DNA of 64,000 nt, taken from the NCBI GenBank assembly GCA_037441845.1, contig JBBIRK010000006.1:193406-257405 (forward strand), given 5' to 3'. Of the stretch, positions 59,032-64,000 are shown in pieces; positions within the stretch are counted from its first letter, which is position 1, and every line of letters begins with the position of its first letter. The stretch is from Candidatus Zixiibacteriota bacterium. GTDB taxonomy: Bacteria > Zixibacteria > MSB-5A5 > UBA10806 > 4484-95. The notes beneath the pieces were generated by a model that was not told where the DNA came from, did no database searches, and was given only the letters and a program-made list of their open reading frames with translations. The position numbers and the translations under genes are program-made.

Positions 59032-60218
59032 TCAGTGTAAACCTCGGTTCCGGCCGGTACTGTCTTCGTGCCGCCGTCGATAAAAACCCAACCGTCGATA
59101 CCCTGAATCGATGAAAGACGATTGCTCTTTTGGCGGATTGACGGATACGAAATGAACCGCCCTTCTGTGTCAACCTCTATTTTTGTTCCCACCAGACAAA
59201 GGCGATCGCCGTGAATCGATACGTCATGTCCGAGTATTGTCCTGCCGCCGCGCGGTTTATACGGTGTTCCCATCAACCTGGCGAGCGTCCTTCTGACGAA
59301 AAGATGGTAACCGACTGCCACGCTTACGGGATTACCGGGCAGTCCCAAAAGCCATCGAGAACCGAATCTGGCCAGCAAAACCGGCTTTCCCGGCTTTATA
59401 GCGACTTTGTGAAATATGATTTCACCGCCGATATCCCGCACGACTTTGGGTATGAAATCGAAATCGCCCATGGAGACGCCCCCTATCGTGATAATCAGGT
59501 CGTGCGAATCCAAACACCCAACCAATTCCGCCGATATCGCCTTGGGATCATCGAAAATCACCCGCTTGACCGGATCGAGGATAAATCCATGCTGACGCAG
59601 CAGTGCGCGCATCACGATATTGTTTGCATCATAGATTTGCCCCGGCTTGAGCGGAACGCCCGGCTCCACTATCTCGGAACCGGTGGGGAAAAACGCTATT
59701 CTGGGTCGGGGGATTATTCCGATTGAGGTCATTCCAAGCGAAGCAAGAACTCCCAGTTCAAACGGCCCGAGGACCTCTCCTTTCTTGAACAGCACGTCTC
59801 CCTTTTTTATGTCATCGCCTGCTGGACGCACATGATTCTCGCCGCCGTCGGTTTCGAAAATCGCGAAATCATTCTCGAATTTCACCTGCTCCACCGGAAC
59901 GATTTTGTCCGCGCCTCGGGGCAGCGCCGCCCCGGTCATGATCTTGACGGCATAACCCTCCCGTAGCGGCTCATCGATTTCATCGCCCGCGCCCACCGTG
60001 CGCTGAATCGGAAATCTCCACGGGCCGTTGCCTATTATATCGGCGGAACGAACCGCTATCCCATCCATCGCTGAGTTGGCGAATTCCGGGACATTGATCG
60101 GAGCGACGACATCGCCGGCAAGAACACAACCTGCGGCTTCCAGCAACGGCGATTCGACCGGGTCCAACGGCCCGATGTTCGAATCGATCAACCTCCAAGC
60201 ATCAGAGAGCGTAATCAT
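59022..60218 (-). CDS. moeA: Molybdopterin molybdotransferase
   Basis: SAMDG, IMTGA, TGSE, GGVSMG, KPGKP, LPGNP; ATG 60218 coupled to the upstream stop. Confidence 0.93.
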   Translation of the reverse strand: MITLSDAWRLIDSNIGPLDPVESPLLEAAGCVLAGDVVAPINVPEFANSAMDGIAVRSADIIGNGPWRFPIQRTVGAGDEIDEPLREGYAVKIMTGAALPRGADKIVPVEQVKFENDFAIFETDGGENHVRPAGDDIKKGDVLFKKGEVLGPFELGVLASLGMTSIGIIPRPRIAFFPTGSEIVEPGVPLKPGQIYDANNIVMRALLRQHGFILDPVKRVIFDDPKAISAELVGCLDSHDLIITIGGVSMGDFDFIPKVVRDIGGEIIFHKVAIKPGKPVLLARFGSRWLLGLPGNPVSVAVGYHLFVRRTLARLMGTPYKPRGGRTILGHDVSIHGDRLCLVGTKIEVDTEGRFISYPSIRQKSNRLSSIQGIDGWVFIDGGTKTVPAGTEVYTEWL

Positions 60219-60658
60219 GTCTTCACGACCCGGATCGGGTCTCCCTCTTTTAAGTGTCCTCCGCTGATAACCCGTGCGAAAATTCCCTCGCGCGGCATTA
60301 TGCAATCGCCGGCCAGCTCGCGGATAATGCAGCCATTGTGGCACTCTTTTCCGATTTGCGTTATTTCGATTTCGATCGTTTCCCCCAAAACCAACCGGGA
60401 GCCGATTCTGATATTCGAGAAATCGAGTCCGATCGTGGTGATATTTTCGGCGAAATCACCGGGGTTCACTTCCAGCTTCGGATGGCGCAACTTGCCGAAA
60501 CTTTCCAGCGGCAGTAAGCTTAACGGCCTGACACTGTCGGAGTGGGCGTCGCCTTCGATGCCGCGCCCCGTGATTATTACTGCCGAACGGACGTTTTCCT
60601 TTTTCTGCCCCTTCGCCGGCGAAATCGAAATTCTATAAACGATGGCTTCACCTTTCAT
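60215..60658 (-). CDS. Stand-alone MOSC domain protein
   Basis: GIEGDAH, PGDFAENIT, TQIGKECH..C..GDCIMPREGIF. Confidence 0.9.
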   Translation of the reverse strand: MKGEAIVYRISISPAKGQKKENVRSAVIITGRGIEGDAHSDSVRPLSLLPLESFGKLRHPKLEVNPGDFAENITTIGLDFSNIRIGSRLVLGETIEIEITQIGKECHNGCIIRELAGDCIMPREGIFARVISGGHLKEGDPIRVVKT

Positions 60659-61152
60659 TTCGAACCCGCCTTTCGAATTTTCCAATGCCCGGACCGTCCT
60701 CCTTTTTTTTCGATCAGCCGGATATTTTCTATCACCATGCCTCTATCGATCGATTTCCCCATATCGTAAATTGCCAGTGCGGCGACACTGGCGGCGGTAA
60801 GAGCCTCCATTTCTACACCTGTCCTATAAGCAGTGCGAACGAATGTCTCGATAACGACACTGGCTGGTTTTTCCTTCAAACTTATATCTATTTCCACCTC
60901 CGACAACGGCAATTGGTGACAGAGAGGTATCAGCTCGGCGGTTCTCTTGGCCGCCTGTATGCCGGCGATACGCGCGACCGCCAGGGCATCTCCTTTGGCC
61001 AGGGAATCGGCTTTGAGTTGTTTCAACAATTCCGACGAAATCAGCACTCTGCCCGTAGCGCGCGCAATTCGATCGGTTACTTCTTTCTCGGTGATATCCA
61101 CCATTCGCGCTTCGCCTTTGCGGTTCACATGGGTCAGTTTCCCGTTTCTCAT
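60655..61152 (-). CDS. moaC: Cyclic pyranopterin monophosphate synthase
   Basis: LTH, MVD, KGD, LIPLCH, TGVEMEAL, IYDMGK, KKGG. Confidence 0.95.
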   Translation of the reverse strand: MRNGKLTHVNRKGEARMVDITEKEVTDRIARATGRVLISSELLKQLKADSLAKGDALAVARIAGIQAAKRTAELIPLCHQLPLSEVEIDISLKEKPASVVIETFVRTAYRTGVEMEALTAASVAALAIYDMGKSIDRGMVIENIRLIEKKGGRSGHWKIRKAGSK

Positions 61153-62150
61153 CCGCCGACCGCCTTCATGAATGGTTTGAAATTCGAAATCGAGACCTTG
61201 CCGGGTTCTCGTCGGAAATCCTGTCCAACGACCATGGCCGAAATGTATTGTGCTATTTCGCCGACACTGGCGCCGTCTCGCAGCAGGCCTCTCAGCTCGC
61301 GCTTGTCATCGCGGAAAAGACAGCCGACTAATTCTCCATGTGATGTCAAACGAAGACGGTTGCAGGCGTTGCAAAAACTTCTGCTCACCGCCGAAATGAA
61401 ACTTACCCGGCCGGTAAATCCTTCACACCCGTAACTTCCCTCCGGTCCGGGGCTGACCGAGTTTTCCGAAAGTGGAATTAGCGCCAAACCTATTCGGTCG
61501 CGCATTTCGGCCTCGCCGATAAACTTCTCGATGCTCCAGCCCGATTTTTCGGTCGGCATGAATTCGATGAAGCGGATTTCGATGCCCAAATCCAGCGCCC
61601 ATCTGGCAAGGCTGCTCAGCTCGTCATCGTTCACCCCGCGCATAACCACCGTGTTTACTTTCACCCGGTCGAAAGCCCCGGACGATACGACGGCCTCGAT
61701 AACGGAAATCACCCGTCCAAGCCCATCCACGCCGGTTATCTGCTTAAATTTATCTCGCTTCAAAGTGTCAAGACTGATATTGATTCGATTCAAGCCGGCG
61801 TCTATCAGCTGATTCAGATTTTTCTTCAACAGCAAACCGTTGGTGGTTATCGCAACGATAGATATTCCGGCGATCCTTTTCGTTTCAGCGACCAATTCGA
61901 TCAACCCCCGTCGGAGCAACGGCTCACCGCCGGTGAAACGGACCTTGTTGATTCCCAGCGAAGCGAACGCTTTGAACAGTGTCACAAGCTGATCGTTGCC
62001 AAGCTCCCCCCGCCCCGAACTATTACATGCCGCCGAGGAATAGCAATAACCGCATCTCATATTGCATTTTTCCGTTAGAGAAACCCTCAGATAGCTGATC
62101 GAGCGGCCGAAAAAATCAACCAGGCGGGCAGACTCGGAATTCCGTTTCAT
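61149..62150 (-). CDS. moaA: GTP 3',8-cyclase (radical SAM)
   Basis: YLRVSLT, CNMRCGYC, TGGEP, IEFMP, FCNACNRLR..C, C-terminal GG. Confidence 0.95.
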   Translation of the reverse strand: MKRNSESARLVDFFGRSISYLRVSLTEKCNMRCGYCYSSAACNSSGRGELGNDQLVTLFKAFASLGINKVRFTGGEPLLRRGLIELVAETKRIAGISIVAITTNGLLLKKNLNQLIDAGLNRINISLDTLKRDKFKQITGVDGLGRVISVIEAVVSSGAFDRVKVNTVVMRGVNDDELSSLARWALDLGIEIRFIEFMPTEKSGWSIEKFIGEAEMRDRIGLALIPLSENSVSPGPEGSYGCEGFTGRVSFISAVSRSFCNACNRLRLTSHGELVGCLFRDDKRELRGLLRDGASVGEIAQYISAMVVGQDFRREPGKVSISNFKPFMKAVGG

Positions 62151-62671
62151 GGATCGGGCCTCCTGCCGAGGATAAGTTCTATCGCATGATGCAAAGCCGA
62201 GGCGATGACATTGAAATTTTCTATCGCCCCAGCGGGGTTGCCGGGAAGATTTATGATCAAGCTCCGGGCTGCGCATCCGACCACGGCGCGTGATAACATC
62301 GCATTGGGCGTGATTTTAAGCGATTGCTGTCTCATAGCCTCTTCCATACCGGGAATACGTCTCTCGACAACTTCCAGAGTCGCCTCCGGTGTTACATCGC
62401 GTTGACCCAGGCCGGTTCCTCCCGATGTCAAAATCAAGTTGATTTTTTCCTCTAAGACCCATCGCCGCAACAATTCCACTATAGCCGATTTGTCATCGGG
62501 AAGAACACTGCAAAAACGAACCCGAAAACCGGATTCCTCCAAACGACTTTTGAGCAACCCACTGGTGCCATCGGGACGAATCCCCGCCGCGGCACGGTCG
62601 CTGGCAATCAAAATCGCAGCAGTGTAATCGCCGGTTGAATTATCTTCTCCCATAGGCATCTCGATTCTCAA
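62147..62671 (-). CDS. mogA: MogA/MoaB family molybdopterin adenylyltransferase
   Basis: SDR, SGGTG..RDVTPEAT, AMLSR, NLPG; start may be ATG 62659 or 62653. Confidence 0.9.
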   Translation of the reverse strand: MRIEMPMGEDNSTGDYTAAILIASDRAAAGIRPDGTSGLLKSRLEESGFRVRFCSVLPDDKSAIVELLRRWVLEEKINLILTSGGTGLGQRDVTPEATLEVVERRIPGMEEAMRQQSLKITPNAMLSRAVVGCAARSLIINLPGNPAGAIENFNVIASALHHAIELILGRRPDP

Positions 62672-62733
62672 CCACGAGGACTCTCTTAAAACAGCTTGCT
62701 AAATAGGGAGCATTACAGCAAAACTTGCCCGGT

Positions 62734-63756
62734 CTATTGTCTCCGGCATAACCAGACATCGGCATCGTAATTGCCGGCATTGTCGGATAACACATGCACA
62801 AAATACAGCAACTGACCATCGGCGGTAAGCGATGGCTCCCCGGCTAGGCCGCTAATGACCAATTGAGGCTCTCGCCAATAACCTTCTTCGTGAACTGCTC
62901 GATATATGGCCATTCCAATCAGCGGGTTTCTTCCCGATGCAAAATACATTGTATCGCCATCGGGAGTAAATGCCGGCTGGTAATCATCTGCGGAGGAATT
63001 GATGGGATGCCCCAGATTTTCCGGCTGGCTCCAGCTATCGCCATTTCGGACGGAAACCCAAATATCGGTGGCGCCCGTTCCGCCGGGGCGTTTCGAACCA
63101 AAGTAAAGGGTTATTCCGTCGGGATGTATGGCCATTTCGCCATCGGGGTAAGGCGAGTTGACCGGTTGACCGAGATTTCTTCCCGGACCGGGCAGACTAT
63201 CGATTAAATCGGCCACATAGATATCGAGAAAATCGTCGGTTGGAGGATTTTGTTGATAGCCAAGATTAGTCGAACGCAACGAATGGAAATAAACCTGGCG
63301 GCCATCCGGCGAAAAGCTTAATTCACCGTTGAAAGATTGGTCGATACCTTTGCCGAGATCGTAGAATTCGGGATCGCCGAATTCGTCGGGCCCGCCGATT
63401 CGCCTGAGACGATAAGTATTATTATGGCGCGACAAAATTTGTTCAGGTGTCATATTACCAAGAATATCCGAGGTGTACATCACATATAGATACGCGCCGT
63501 CGCGGGATATCTCGATCGCATCCTGTGGGCAGAGCGTGTTTACCGGCTCGCGGAGGCGTTGCGGCTGTCCCCAGTCAGCAACCATCGAGGTTGGCGTGTT
63601 GAGATCACTTCGCGTGGTATCGTTTTTTCCGCAGATAGGAATCGGGATTTCTGGTTGCTCAGGGTTGGATGGCTTATCTTTACAGGTAATATTCAAAATT
63701 ATGAAAGTTGCGCAAAGACTCGCGACGGTCAAGAAGCTGATTCGTGTTATCGACAT
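62734..63756 (-). CDS. Exported TolB/PD40-repeat beta-propeller protein
   Basis: Hydrophobic N-terminus with Cys; repeats SPDGRQVYF, HPDGITLYF, TPDGDTMYF, TADGQLLYF; NLG.P(V/I)NS. Confidence 0.8.
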   Translation of the reverse strand: MSITRISFLTVASLCATFIILNITCKDKPSNPEQPEIPIPICGKNDTTRSDLNTPTSMVADWGQPQRLREPVNTLCPQDAIEISRDGAYLYVMYTSDILGNMTPEQILSRHNNTYRLRRIGGPDEFGDPEFYDLGKGIDQSFNGELSFSPDGRQVYFHSLRSTNLGYQQNPPTDDFLDIYVADLIDSLPGPGRNLGQPVNSPYPDGEMAIHPDGITLYFGSKRPGGTGATDIWVSVRNGDSWSQPENLGHPINSSADDYQPAFTPDGDTMYFASGRNPLIGMAIYRAVHEEGYWREPQLVISGLAGEPSLTADGQLLYFVHVLSDNAGNYDADVWLCRRQ

Positions 63757-63861
63757 AACTAATCCTCGTTAAGAATACTTAATTTTATAGATACATCATA
63801 CGGCTTAAAAAATGAATGTCAAGGGGGTGATTATTCTAAATTTGCCTGAGATCATATTTTT

Positions 63862-63890
63862 GTAGAGACGATGCCTTGCCCTGTCCCTAC
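63862..63890. repeat. GTAG...CTAC REP-like imperfect palindrome
   Basis: GTAGAGAC-13 nt-GTCCCTAC; only one copy seen in the window. Confidence 0.4.
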
Positions 63891-63966
63891 GGATAAGGGA
63901 ATTTTATTCGCAACCCCGCTGCTCGGGTGCCGGGCCTTAAGAAAGGCAGATGACTATCACCGCTGT

Positions 63967-63998
63967 GTTTCAATCCACGCCCCCGCGTGGGGGGCGAC
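63967..63998 (-). CRISPR. Type I-C-like CRISPR repeat, probable end of an array that continues beyond the window
   Basis: Minus strand GTCGCCCCCCACGCGGGGGCGTGGATTGAAAC, 32 bp, internal hairpin, ATTGAAAC end; only one intact copy visible. Confidence 0.8.
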
Positions 63999-64000
63999 GG

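Noticed and set aside
62672..62733. Moco riboswitch upstream of the Moco operon
   Set aside because: The gap is about 60 bp, too short, with no recognisable structure

Overview
Gene-dense bacterial window, apparently from an anaerobe (organism not identifiable from sequence alone). From left to right: (1) a CBS protein, an SLC13 transporter and a multi-PAS/LuxR one-component regulator; (2) a peptide/amino-acid scavenging block (M19 dipeptidase, Liv-type ABC transporter, S9 peptidase); (3) hypAB with no hydrogenase in view; (4) a contiguous bacterial microcompartment operon (RpiB-DeoC fusion, aldehyde dehydrogenase, 1 BMC-H, 2 BMC-T, 3 BMC-P) of the sugar-phosphate/Haliangium type; (5) msrAB and a DUF134/NifX/MbfA-like metal cluster; (6) a probably sigma54-driven Hmc-like membrane redox complex in which the NrfD/HybB subunit is fused to a hexaheme cytochrome c, followed by a histidine kinase and receiver proteins; (7) a ~21 kb variant anaerobic purine-degradation operon (hydA, ygeW, mocA, two XDH-family trimers, NCS2 permease, preTA-like, ade, ssnA, two PLP enzymes, ygeY) without ygfK, ygeX, carbamate kinase or selenium genes; (8) a convergent Moco operon without moaD/moaE but with a MOSC protein; (9) one type I-C-like CRISPR repeat at the right edge. 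The best candidates for undescribed biology are the variant purine pathway, the microcompartment and the NrfD-cytochrome fusion complex. All calls come from motif recognition by eye; no searches were run.
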